Of a DNA stretch of 64,000 bases, positions 42,367-54,029 are shown in pieces. The stretch lies in the NCBI GenBank assembly GCA_051294375.1, contig CM119270.1, positions 11,528,141 through 11,592,140 of the forward strand. Direction: 5' to 3'. Below the pieces are notes generated by a model, which worked only from the letters and a program-made list of their open reading frames with translations, did not search any database and was not told the DNA's origin. A program made the translations under genes and the position numbers. Origin of the DNA: Paraspadella gotoi (lineage: Eukaryota > Animalia > Chaetognatha). Within the stretch, counting starts at the first letter, position 1. Each line of letters begins with the position of its first letter.

Positions 42367-42797
42367 ATGACATTTTTTATCATGATAACTAAACTGCTTT
42401 CTCAACTTCAAAGAACTGCAGCAGCAAAGATGGCAAATTATTCCTTAAATTTGACAAATTTAACTTATTTGGGCGAAGTTTTTATCTTGGTTCTAAGCAA
42501 TCTTCTGCACTTAGTCGACCTGGGAACCGATATTGAAACAGCTAAACAGTACCTATTTGATTCTGATTTTAAACTTAAAATTCTCGGTTGGGTCATAGTT
42601 GGTGTGATATCGATGAATTGTTTCATCACCGCCTGTTTTGGCCTCTTTGCGCTGAAAAGGAATCGTTGGATTTATCCGAGAATTTTCAAAAGAAGATGGA
42701 GCCAAATTATGACCATTACTTTTCATTGTTTTGGTTTGGGTATTTGTCCACTGACCGTTGACTTTTTTCTTGATGGTCGAGCTGAAGTTAGTAACAG
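42367..42797 (+). CDS. XK-related (Xkr/CED-8 family) membrane protein, exon 1
   Basis: Non-repetitive ORF. LLHLVDLGTDIETAKQY resembles the XK-family TM1 motif (LxxxDxxTDxxxAxxY) and is followed by a second hydrophobic helix. Donor CAG|GTGATT at 42798 (phase 2). ATG 42430 (AAAG-ATG-G) is an alternative start with stronger context. Confidence 0.8.
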
Positions 42798-43053
42798 GTG
42801 ATTTAAAAAATAAACGATAGTTGTTTGAGTTGTAACGATATGTAAGTTACGTATTTTAAATTCATTTACTTTCTTACAAGAAACAAAGCATAATTTTGAT
42901 TCTTGAGGACAGAACGCGATGGTATCATTTTTACGATTTTAAAAGTCTTTTTATTTTAGACCATTGATAATTGTTAAGTCTTTATATTTTAGTCCATTGT
43001 TAATTTTAGATTATTTTATTGAGCTTATTGTATTGACAGTTATTTTTTTCTAG

Positions 43054-43348
43054 GGAACTGGACACGAAAATGAAAATAAAACTTATCACAATTCACAATA
43101 TTATTCACTGCATCTCAGAGGCTTTTCCACAACTGATTGTTCAGAGTTTTGCATTGCTCACTTTGTGGACTGGCGGGACGTCTCATCTTTGTTTGACCAA
43201 CAGTAATACTGTTACGCCTAGAGTTCTTTCATCCTCCCGAATTTTGTTTAAAGTTTTTGATAATGGATCAGTTATAAAACAAGATCCAACAGTCCGTTGT
43301 ATTTGCCAGCATGATACTATAGTGATGTCGTGTCGATGGAAAATTCAG
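43054..43348 (+). CDS. XK-related protein, exon 2
   Basis: Acceptor TTTTTTTCTAG|G. Phase matches exon 1 (AG+G = Arg, then ELDTKMK in frame with ORF 43070). Encodes ISEAFPQLIVQ, matching the XK-family ExxPQLxxQ signature. Donor CAG|GTGACT at 43349 (phase 0). Confidence 0.85.
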
Positions 43349-43459
43349 GTGACTAAAGAATAAAAATACTATGAAAATTTAAAAACAAATATATGATATT
43401 ACAATGAAATTTATCAGATATGATACTATTTCTACTTTAAATATATATTCATACAATTC

Positions 43460-43474
43460 ATAATAATAATAATG

Positions 43475-43543
<69 letters not shown>
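43460..43543 (+). repeat. (AAT)n microsatellite in intron 2 of the XK-related gene
   Basis: Read directly from sequence. Confidence 0.9.
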
Positions 43544-43640
43544 TTTAAAATGATTACACAAAACGAAGAACACAAAATTATTGATTATTTAGATTATCAC
43601 TAACGGCGCAAAAAATTAGACATATTAATTTATGATTAAG

Positions 43641-45386
43641 GAAACCTTGTCGGTGATTTCACTCGCTTCATCTACGGCAAGCATCGCAAATACTGCATCA
43701 AACTTGAGGTGGAGTTTGTCAGCATCATTACACCGATACCCAGCGAGCCTGGTTAAAGTCTTCGACCTAATGCAGTGCGTGATGGGCTTGTGCGCATGTT
43801 TTTACATCGTTATAGTTTACTGCGCAAAAAAATCAGAAATGATGTTGATTTTGTTGCCCATCGCCTTTTTCCGAGTTTTTTCTCTCCATGAAATTAGAGA
43901 GGTGATGAGAATTGGAAAAAGAATATTGAAAATTGAACCGAAGGAATTTCGTGGCTCTAGGAAGAAGAGATTCCACGTCGAGGGACTTTCGCAATCTTCA
44001 TTCGTTAGCCTTTTCATGTTATCTTTTTTTTTCTTCGTCGAATTTCAAGAGGCCATTACTTCTCATTCCTTCTTCATGCCAGCGGAAAAAATTAATTGGG
44101 GTTTGAGTTACTTGAGACCAAATTCTGCTCGACTGTTGTTTTACTCACACGTATTGATTCCTCCACGTTTACGCGTAGGTTGCGTGAAAATAAATGGGGA
44201 AAATCGAAAATCTAAGTGGGATAGGATATCTCTCCGTTTTTTCAGAAATGTCAGTGTGGTACAATGTCGAAATCCTGTGTATTACTCTAAAGGCGAATAC
44301 GTTAAAAAGAATCCGTCCATGAGATTAAACCTTGGAAACTACTCATTTTTGGTACCTGAATCTGCAACTTTGCTTCTCCTCATTTTATTCGATCTATTGG
44401 TCAGCCTTTTAAACATTTCCTTCGTAGCTGTCTCTACTAAATCTTTTTTCCGTTTTTTACCGAGACTTTTATCGATATTAAGCGTTATTATTTATATTTT
44501 GTCTTATTTAGAACTGACGCGTATTTATAAATCTATAATACATCGTCCAGACAGACACTCTTTTACTTATAGCATGCAACAGGCATCAATGGAATTGCAA
44601 CTAATGCTTTACAGATATTCCAATTTGCTCGTAACTATTTCTAACTTCGGATTGTCTATCATTTTAATTTTTATTGTGAAGCAAAGTAAATTCGTAATCG
44701 GATACTATAGTTTCATTTCAGTTTTTTCTCTCTGTTTGTGTTTTTTAGTTGTAATATATCGATTAAAAAGTTTAAACGAGAAAGACATTTTAAATTTATC
44801 AAACCAACTTTGTCTTTCAAATCTCAGTGATCATCGTTCGAAATTAACTTTTAAAAAAATTCACATTCAACTATTTACTTTTAAATTCGTTTCAGACAAT
44901 TTCCCCGTATTAACCATTGCGGTACTTTTACCACTCCTGAAGATATTGTACCGTTTCAAGTCTGAAACCAGGGCCGCTTCACGCAAATTCTCCTTCGTTT
45001 TACTTGTGGCAATTCTCTATATTGGTATTGACATATTTTTTCAAATTTCATTGCGCAAAAATCCGCCGAAAGTGTCGAAAGTCTCTAGAGGTGCATTCGA
45101 TGCCAAATCTTTTCCATGGCGCAGTGAGCTTTTAATGTACAAACCAAACTATCAGTTACATTCTTCTGAATTTTATTACATAGAACCGTTTAGTAGAATG
45201 ATTGACTTTTGTTTAAGAACTCAATTAGGCATTCGCCCGTACGCTTTTAAAATATTGTCTTTAACTAATTTTTCGAAAGACAACAAAGAAAATTTGAAGT
45301 TAATAATTGGTCATGACGACAACAAATCAAATATGTTAAATTTAGTATTTTTTGTCATCCCATTTTTACTGATTTATTCTATTTAA
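43641..45386 (+). CDS. XK-related protein, exon 3 (long terminal exon, multi-TM)
   Basis: Part of the 584-codon ORF 43632-45386 with many hydrophobic helices. Starts ETLSVISLASSTASIA, like the S-rich helix that follows the PQL motif in XK proteins. Phase-0 acceptor TAAG|GAA at 43640 gives a product of about 800-823 aa. The exact acceptor is uncertain. Confidence 0.8.
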   Translation, partial: ETLSVISLASSTASIANTASNLRWSLSASLHRYPASLVKVFDLMQCVMGLCACFYIVIVYCAKKSEMMLILLPIAFFRVFSLHEIREVMRIGKRILKIEPKEFRGSRKKRFHVEGLSQSSFVSLFMLSFFFFVEFQEAITSHSFFMPAEKINWGLSYLRPNSARLLFYSHVLIPPRLRVGCVKINGENRKSKWDRISLRFFRNVSVVQCRNPVYYSKGEYVKKNPSMRLNLGNYSFLVPESATLLLLILFDLLVSLLNISFVAVSTKSFFRFLPRLLSILSVIIYILSYLELTRIYKSIIHRPDRHSFTYSMQQASMELQLMLYRYSNLLVTISNFGLSIILIFIVKQSKFVIGYYSFISVFSLCLCFLVVIYRLKSLNEKDILNLSNQLCLSNLSDHRSKLTFKKIHIQLFTFKFVSDNFPVLTIAVLLPLLKILYRFKSETRAASRKFSFVLLVAILYIGIDIFFQISLRKNPPKVSKVSRGAFDAKSFPWRSELLMYKPNYQLHSSEFYYIEPFSRMIDFCLRTQLGIRPYAFKILSLTNFSKDNKENLKLIIGHDDNKSNMLNLVFFVIPFLLIYSI

Positions 45387-45666
45387 CGTAGTAAATGGTT
45401 GAAAAGAGAATCTTTATTTTGATGGTAGAAATTTTTAAAGACGAAAAATATCTGTTTATAGGTTTGCTTGTCTTTTTCGGCGAAAAAATCGTTATTAATT
45501 TTAATGTTTGATTTTAAATAGTAAAATAGTAAAATCGTTATAGATGATTTCAATGGTTGATGTCAAAGACGTTTTATTTTAACTTTGTAAAAAAATACTT
45601 TCTACTACTTTTGTTACAAGCAACTGAATTTTACTATTTTCTGAGATTTTTCTACTTTATGTCAAT

Positions 45667-45900
45667 TATGGTGGACTAAAATCCACCAACCGTTCATCAG
45701 CGGCCATTGGTGCCGGAGGCAAGTCATTCGCCTCCCAACCCATAAGTCCGGGGTTCCAGCCCGGTGGTCGCCTAGCAGTTAAGAGGACGGGGCGCTTAAC
45801 CCGCCTGTAACACGGTGTTACAGCCTGACCCGAAGCTCAGGGACTGCTAATATTGAATGGTTCTGTCGCTATCACATAACAATTATTACTGTCTCTTCAC
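45667..45900 (+). mobile_element. tRNA-derived SINE-like element, intact copy
   Basis: 73-nt tRNA-like head at 45700-45772: acceptor stem GCGGCCA/TGGTCGC, A-box-like TGGTGCCGGAGG, B-box-like GGTTCCAGCCC, loop CTCCCAA (CCC = Gly), anticodon stem unpaired. A second copy with unrelated flanks starts at 46069. Confidence 0.65.
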
Positions 45901-46917
45901 AATTTAATTTACTGTTTGAGCTGCCTCGACTTTATGGGTGACTTTCAATATGGCAACGATTGTGGTTTCAAATTAAGTTTGTTTATTACAAATTAAAAAC
46001 AGTCCAATAATTAAGTCCACAAAATCATAAAAAAGTCCTTTAAATATTAACAATGGTTATAAACTAAGTATGGTGGACTCAAATCCACCAACCGTTCATT
46101 AGCGGCCATTGGTGCTGGAGGCAAGTCATTCGCCTGTCCCAACTAGTGTTCCGATAACCGTTAACAGTTAACGGTTATTAACGGTTAAAAATAATTTTAA
46201 CTTAACCGTTAATATATTTATTTTAACGGTTAAATTCGGTTAATTTTCAAGTATAATTTTTGTTATGAAAACTTTGATTTTTTAAGAAAAAAATTTTTTT
46301 TCCTTATTCTCCTCTCCCTTTCTCACTATATTTTTCCCCCTCTCTCTGTTCTACATTTTCCCCTATTTTTTCTTTGTTATTTTCAACCCTTTTAATCTTT
46401 TTCTATTTTTAATCTATTATCATTTTTTTCTGCCCTTCCGGTATTTTTTTTACTTACTTTCTCCCAATTGTTTTCGTTTTTCCTTTCAGCTAATTAAGCA
46501 TTTACATCAAAGAATATTTTGAAATATAATATGCATCTGCATATATTTTTTTGCAAATCAAATTTTTACATGCAACAATAATATTCTATTTTGCTAATAA
46601 AAAAATAAATAATCTTTCTTCTTTTACTTTTTTTAGCTTTTTCTTTCAATTTTTAAAATGAACAAAGAAGTAAATATAATAAAGCCGAATGAATGAAAAA
46701 ATTTAAAAAAAAACTAAAATAAAAAAATTTTAGAAAACATTAAAAAATGAACAATAGAAGGAATGAATCTTTGAAAAGACAAGCTAACTAAAACTATCCT
46801 TCAATGATGATATACTTTACTTTAATAAAATTTAAAAAAAATATTTATTAATTAATAACTCTTTTGATCAATCGATCATTTAACAATTCAATTAATAAAT
46901 TGATATTCATAATTAGA

Positions 46918-47080
46918 GAAAACAAAGTTTATTTGTTTACAAACAACCGGTTTTTATTCCAAAAAACGGACATGTTTCGACTCTAGTTTTTCCGAGTCTA
47001 CATCAGCGCGTGAGAGTCGAAACATGTCCTTTTTTTAAAAATAAAAACCTGTTGTTTGTAAACAAATAAACTTTGCTTTC
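46918..47080. mobile_element. Inverted-repeat fragment resembling a Penelope-like pseudo-LTR pair
   Basis: ~67-bp imperfect arms (46918-46984 and 47013-47080), each containing GAGTCGAAACATGTCC...AATAAAA. A hammerhead-like core lies on the minus strand. Confidence 0.55.
46966..47010 (-). ncRNA. Minimal type-I hammerhead-ribozyme-like motif (core variant)
   Basis: Minus strand reads CTGATGT-A-GACTC-GGAAAAACTA-GAGTC-GAAA-CATG-TC: 5-bp stem II and palindromic CATG loop III. The core deviates from CUGANGA at A9. Confidence 0.5.
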
Positions 47081-47772
47081 ACTTAACTATAAACGTAACG
47101 AAAAGAAAGTCTTAATACAATATTATAATTATATTTATATTTATGGTCATGGTTTATGAAAGACTAACAACAGAAAACATGCTTTCAAGAAACTAACAAC
47201 TATAAAAATAATGAGGAAGAGAAATAGAAAAAGGAAAAGCAAAAACGAAAGAAAGAAAGAAAAAGAGAGAAAGAGAAAAGAAAAATATACAGAATTAAAA
47301 TTACATTGTGCTTTTTCTTTCATTGTCTTTTTTCATATTTTTATTATTGCTATGAGGCAAAAAAAAATTTATTATAATGCTGTTTTTTCAAATCAATTTT
47401 CTCATTTATCAACTATAATGTGTACCTCATCTATCTGAAATAAAAGATAAAGACTATTCAGTAGCCGGAGTTAAGGAGAAAATACCATTAAATACTTTAG
47501 TTAGTTTCAAATATTAATATTTTAAATTAAAAGTTAAATTATTAAAATTAACCGATATTTAACGGTTAACGCTTAAAAACGTTAGTTTTAACGGTTAAGC
47601 GAAGTTCCTCAAAAATTAACGGTTAAACGGAACCCTACTCCCAACCCAAAGGTCCGGGGTTCTAGCCCGGTGGTCGCCTGGCATTTAAGAAGGACGGGGC
47701 GCCTAACCTGCCTGTAACACGGTGTTACAGCCTGAGACTGCTTATATTGAATGGTTCTGTCACTAACACATA

Positions 47773-47890
47773 TCTTATCTTGTAAGAGTGATGGAGGCCT
47801 TAAACCACCAAAGCCTGTCCAAAGTCAGGGGGAAGATAGCTTATTTATTAAATGAATGGATAATTTTATATTGGTTGTACTAATTTCATA
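47773..47890 (+). repeat. Dispersed repeat A inside SINE copy 2 (bounded by CATA direct repeats)
   Basis: Absent from SINE copy 1 between CACATA and ACAAT. CATA occurs at 47769-47772 and 47887-47890. Mirror copy at ~53780-53896. Confidence 0.7.
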
Positions 47891-48778
47891 ACAATACTTA
47901 CTGTCTTTTCAAAACAGTAATAAAACCGTACGGCGTCGGAGGCAACTGCCCCTGACTCGTAAGATTCTATACATTTCAAAAATAATCGGGATATTCCCGG
48001 TTTCACGTTTCTTCTTCGTCTTTATAATCGTCGTCGCGTTCTCTCTCTCTATCTCTCTCGAAACTGAGCAAAGTAAGACGGCGATATTGAATCCACGACC
48101 GTCGGACTTCGAGCCACTTTTCTCCCTCTACGGTCACGCCCAAACGAAGCCATGACCGTAAATACATTTACTTTTATTATTTAAAACTTTTTTTAAATTT
48201 CTTTCGGTACTTGTAAATTCTCATTTTTCTTAAATAATAAACTTGTAGATATAATCGTCCAGTAAAATTCCTTCTAATTGATTTATCTTTATTTATCATC
48301 GTCCTGATTATTTATCAGACTGACCGAAAAGCAAAGCCTCCTACAGAAAATCGAGCAAAGGCATTAGTCGCAGGCCTCGATTTATTACACTTCGGCTACT
48401 GAGACGTAGTAGATTAATTTTAATCGGTTCTGGGTTCTTCCCACTCACCAGTCCCGATACATCATCGATTCAAGTCAATAGTATTCTAACTCTGATTAGC
48501 CAATCCTATATGAACAGATTTATCTATTTCTTGTCATGAAGCGCATTATTTTTCTCTGGATGCGACTTGCCATTCAGTATTCCAATACACTTTGGTCCAT
48601 TCTGCACTATTTTGCTCTTTATAGATAACCCAACTAGTATAAAAGAAAGAGACACCTGGTGATGAATGATTCACTTGTCAAAGTCTAAAACAGAAGAACA
48701 TCGATAAAGCCAGAACGACAACGACTTGAACGACGCGAAACAATTTTCCTTAGCTGAGAGGTAATTATAGCTATTCTG

Positions 48779-48861
<83 letters not shown>

Positions 48862-48969
48862 CAGTGGACACTGTCACAAATCATTTTCGAAACCATGGTC
48901 CTGTTAAAACAAGAATTCACGTCCACCCTCCATAAAACCCTGAAGCTCTCACGCGCTCCATTTTACAGT

Positions 48970-49089
<120 letters not shown>

Positions 49090-50006
49090 TCCTCATCCAA
49101 CAGCGTCTTTTATATACCTATAAAGATGTCATTGCCAAGCTTACGAGAGACGAATTGCTAAGCGATGCCCGGGTTTTCAGAAATTGGCGCTACGCCAATT
49201 GAACGCTGAGTATGGCGCTCCGCCACGCTGGATATGGCGTAACGCCACGCGGGAAGAGAATAAAAACAAATCCGTTGACGAAGCGAAAACCCCGACGGAT
49301 GTAGTTTGACGGGGGGGGCGGTAAAAGCGGGGGGGGTGGAATGGGGGTGGAACGGTCGATTGCTCCGGAGACATGAGCCAACTTGATTGCGGGGACGAGC
49401 TTGGAAAAAAAAAGGTGAAATTCATTGGAAAAGAGTTGCGTGAAAAACGTCGGGATGATCGCTTTGCACACAACAAGTGTAATTGCTAATAAAGAAACAA
49501 AAAACAAAAAAAACCGAAACTGTTGCCAGGATCAAATTTCTACTCTCCCCTAATCTTTTTCATCAACTGACTTTCTTCTTTATATTCGAAGTTGTTATAG
49601 CGGTTTATAGCTTTAAGCCACTCATTGTGAAGCTCTCTGGCTTGTTGTCTTACGACGGCTCTCAATTATTCTCACGCCGATCGAGCGCCACGCATACGTG
49701 TTTTCCGCAAAATTGTTTTTATCCATTATTTTTGGGCTTTTTCTAGTTTCAGTCTTGAAATCATTTTCTTTTTACGAAACGTTAGTCTTTATCATGGTTG
49801 TCCTTCTCGCTCGTTTCGTCCTGTTTTCGGGCTTTGTCCTCGCCGTTGACGTGGACAAACGCCAGAAAAGACATTGAAAGGCGGAGAGGTAATGACGGTT
49901 GAGTAATGACAATAGATAAATGACAATGACCGAATTGTGCGAAGGAAAAGACGTTGTTCCCTCTCTCCTTTATTTCGAGCGCAAGAGAGAGAGAGAGAGA
50001 GAGGAG

Positions 50007-50078
<72 letters not shown>

Positions 50079-50315
50079 GACTTCGTGAAAAATAAACAGG
50101 TAAACGATCTGCAAGCAGCGACCCTTTTAGAACAGGAGGAACAAACGAGAACGACGGGGGAGGAAAGCTCAATTTTTCCTAAACGTGGAACTCTTAACTT
50201 AGGTCGTAATTAGTAATATTTACTACTAAATTGCTACATCTATCATATTTAAAGAACATACAATCCAAGACGGGACAAAAAAGATAATCTACGTAAAAAG
50301 ACGTAACTTTTGTAT

Positions 50316-50515
50316 AGCAACTAAACAATCAGACATCAAGGAGATACCTAAAGCAACTAAACAATCAGACATCAAGGAGATACATAAAGCAACTAAACAA
50401 TCAGACATTAAGGAGATACCTAAAGCAACTAAACAATCAGACATCAAGGAGATACATAAAGCAACTAAACAATCAGACATCAAGGAGATACCTAAAGCAA
50501 CTAAACAATCAGACA
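50316..50515 (+). repeat. 36-bp minisatellite, ~5.5 units (mirror at ~51158-51358)
   Basis: Unit AGCAACTAAACAATCAGACATCAAGGAGATAC(C/A)TAA, with alternating C/A variants. Confidence 0.9.
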
Positions 50516-50793
50516 ACAACAAACGTTAAATCTTAAACCGCAAAAAGCGCTGGCGTCTAATCTTTACATTTTGCCAGAGGCCCCCATTGTACCGAGGCAG
50601 ACAAAACAGTTTCACAGATTGCAAATTCGAGGAGAAACCCAGAGGGGGAGCCCGGGGGCCTGCAGACAAAATTTTCTCAGAGTGAAATAGATTGGGTTGG
50701 TGGACTGAAAGTGGGACGATGGAAGGCAGAGGGAGAATGAAGGAGGATGTTATAAAGGGAGAGAGAGGATGGATGATAAGAATTGAAACTCTC

Positions 50794-50883
<90 letters not shown>

Positions 50884-51597
50884 TCTTTCAATTCTTATCA
50901 TCCATCCTCTCTCTCCCTTTATAACATCCTCCTTCATTCTCCCTCTGCCTTCCATCGTCCCACTTTCAGTCCACCAACCCAATCTATTTCACTCTGAGAA
51001 AATTTTGTCTGCAGGCCCCGGGCTCCCCCTCTGGGTTTCTCCTCGAATTTGCAATCTGTGAAACTGTTTTGTCTGCCTCGGTACAATGGGGGCCTCTGGC
51101 AAAATGTAAAGATTAGACGCCAGCGCTTTTTGCGGTTTAAGATTTAACGTTTGTTTGTTGTCTGATTGTTTAGTTGCTTTAGGTATCTCCTTGATGTCTG
51201 ATTGTTTAGTTGCTTTATGTATCTCCTTGATGTCTGATTGTTTAGTTGCTTTAGGTATCTCCTTAATGTCTGATTGTTTAGTTGCTTTATGTATCTCCTT
51301 GATGTCTGATTGTTTAGTTGCTTTAGGTATCTCCTTGATGTCTGATTGTTTAGTTGCTATACAAAAGTTACGTCTTTTTACGTAGATTATCTTTTTTGTC
51401 CCGTCTGGATTGTATGTTCTTTAAATATGATAGATGTAGCAATTTAGTAGTAAATATTACTAATTACGACCTAAGTTAAGAGTTCCACGTTTAGGAAAAT
51501 TGAGCTTTCCTCCCCCGTCGTTCTCGTTTGTTCCTCCTGTTCTAAAAGGGTCGCTGCTTGCAGATCGTTTACCTGTTTATTTTTCACGAAGTCGCTC

Positions 51598-51662
<65 letters not shown>

Positions 51663-52575
51663 CTCCTCTCTCTCTCTCTCTCTCTTGCGCTCGAAATAAA
51701 GAGAGAGGGAACAACGTCTTTTCCTTCGCACAATTCGGTCATTGTCATTTATCTATTGTCATTACTCAACCGTCATTACCTCTCCGCCTTTCAATGTCTT
51801 TTCTGGCGTTTGTCCACGTCAACGGCGAGGACAAAGCCCGAAAACAGGACGAAACGAGCGAGAAGGCAACCATGATAAAGACTAACGTTTCGTAAAAAGA
51901 AAATGATTTCAAGACTGAAACTAGAAAAAGCCCAAAAATAATGGATAAAAACAATTTTGCGGAAAACACGTATGCGTGGCGCCGATCGGCGTGAGAATAA
52001 TTGAGAGCCGTCGTAAGACAACAAGCCAGAGAGCTTCACAATGAGTGGCTTAAAGCTATAAACCGCTATAACAACTTCGAATATAAAGAAGAAAGTCAGT
52101 TGATGAAAAAGATTAGGGGAGAGTAGAAATTTGATCCTGGCAACAGTTTCGGTTTTTTTTTTTTTTTGTTTCTTTATTAGCAATTACACTTGTTGTGTGC
52201 AAAGCGATCATCCCGACGTTTTTCACGCAACTCTTTTCAATGAATTTCACCTTTTTTTTTCCAAGCTCGTCCCCGCAATCAAGTTGGCTCATGTCTCCGG
52301 AGGCAATCGACCGTTCCACCCCCATTCCACCCCCCCCGCTTTTACCGCCCCCCCCGTCAAACTACATTCCGTCGGGGTTTTCGCTTCGTCAACGGATTTG
52401 TTTTATTCTCTTCCCGCGTGGCGTTACGCCATATCCAGCGTGGCGGAGCGCCATACTCAGCGTTCAATTGGCGTAGCGCCAATTTCTGAAAACCCGGGCA
52501 TCGCTTAGCAATTCGTCTCTCGTAAGCTTGGCAATGACATCTTTATAGGTATATAAAAGACGCTGTTGGATGGGG

Positions 52576-52696
<121 letters not shown>

Positions 52697-52805
52697 ACTG
52701 TAAAATGGAGCGCGTGAGAGCTTCAGGGTTTTATGGAGGGTGGACGTGAATTCTTGTTTTAACAGGACCATGGTTTCGAAAATGGATTTGTGACAGTGTC
52801 CACTG

Positions 52806-52885
<80 letters not shown>

Positions 52886-54029
52886 CAGAATAGCTATAAT
52901 TACCTCTCAGCTAAGGAAAATTGTTTGCGCGTCGTTCAAGTCGTTGTCGGTTCTGGCTTTATCGATGTTCTTCTGTTTTAAGACTTTGACAAGTGAATCA
53001 TTCATCACCAGGTGTCTCTTTCTTTTATACTAGTTGGGTTATCTATAAAGAGCAAAATAGTGGCAGAATGGACCAAAGTGTATTGGAATACTGAATGGCA
53101 AGTCGCATCCAGAGAAAAATAATGCGCTTCATGACAAGAAATAGATAAATCTGTTCATATAGGATTGGCTAATCAGAGTTAGAATACTATTGACTTGAAT
53201 CGATGATGTATCGGGACTGGTGAGTGGGAAGAACCCAGAACCGATTAAAATTAATCTACTACGTCTCAGTAGCCGAAGTGTAATAAATCGAGGCCTGCGA
53301 CTAATGCCTTGCTCGATTTTCTGTAGGAGGCTTTGCTTTTCGGTCAGTCCTGATAAATAATCAGGACGATGATAAATAAAGATAAATCAATTAGAAGGAA
53401 TTTTACTGGACGATTATATCATACAAGTTTATTATTTAAGAAAAATGAGAATTTACAAGTACCGAAAGAAATTTAAAAAAAGTTTTAAATAATAAAAGTA
53501 AATGTATTTACGGTCATGGCTTCGTTTGGGCGTGAACCGTAGAGGGAGAAAAGTGGCTCGAAGTCCGACGGTCGTGGATTCAATATCGCCGTCTTACTTG
53601 CTCAGTTTCGAGAGAGATAGAGAGAGAGAACGCGACGACGATTATAAAGACGAAGAAGAAACGTGAAACCGGGAATATCCCGATTATTTTTGAAATGTAT
53701 AGAATCTTACGAGTCAGGGGCAGTTGCCTCCGACGCCGTACGGTTTTATTACTGTTTTGAAAAGACAGTAAAGTATTGTTATGAAATTAGTACAACCAAT
53801 ATAAATTATCCATTCATTTAATAAATAAGCTATCTTCCCCCTGACTTTGGACAGGCTTTGGTGGTTTAAGGCTCCATCACTCTTACAAGATAAGATATGT
53901 GTTAGTGACAGAACCATTCAATATAAGCAGTCTCAGGCTGTAACACCGTGTTACAGGCAGGTTAGGCGCCCCGTCCTTCTTAAATGCCAGGCGACCACCG
54001 GGCTAGAACCCGGACCTTTGGGTTGGGAG

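Larger units (their letters stand above)
46144..47637. mobile_element. Non-autonomous hAT-type DNA transposon (1.49 kb)
   Basis: Imperfect TIRs TAGTGTTCCG.TAACCGTTAA / TTAACGGTTAAACGGAACCCTA. 8-bp TSD CTCCCAAC at 47638-47645; the left site reads GTCCCAAC, but both sites are perfect in the mirror copy (54022-54029, 55519-55526). Clustered subterminal TAACGGTTA/TAACCGTTA repeats at both ends. An empty-site equivalent exists at 45732-45739. No transposase ORF. Confidence 0.82.
46069..47912 (+). mobile_element. Second SINE-like copy, interrupted by nested insertions
   Basis: 46069-46143, 47646-47772 and 47891-47912 align colinearly with 45667-45900. Extra segments are 46144-47637 and 47773-47890. 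Confidence 0.7.

Noticed and set aside
45700-45772. Functional tRNA-Gly(CCC) gene
   Set aside because: The anticodon stem cannot pair (TTCGC versus CCCAT), the T-arm is irregular, there is no oligo-T terminator, and it is embedded in a longer repeated unit.
50789-50885. Sequencing adapter remnant at the palindrome centre
   Set aside because: The spacer is only (CT)n with minor interruptions. The distinctive loop of a PacBio hairpin adapter is not visible.
50316-51358. 36-bp repeats as a CRISPR array or a repeat protein (SDCLVALGISLM)
   Set aside because: The units are head-to-tail without spacers, there are no cas genes, the context is eukaryotic, and the ORF is just the repeat read through.
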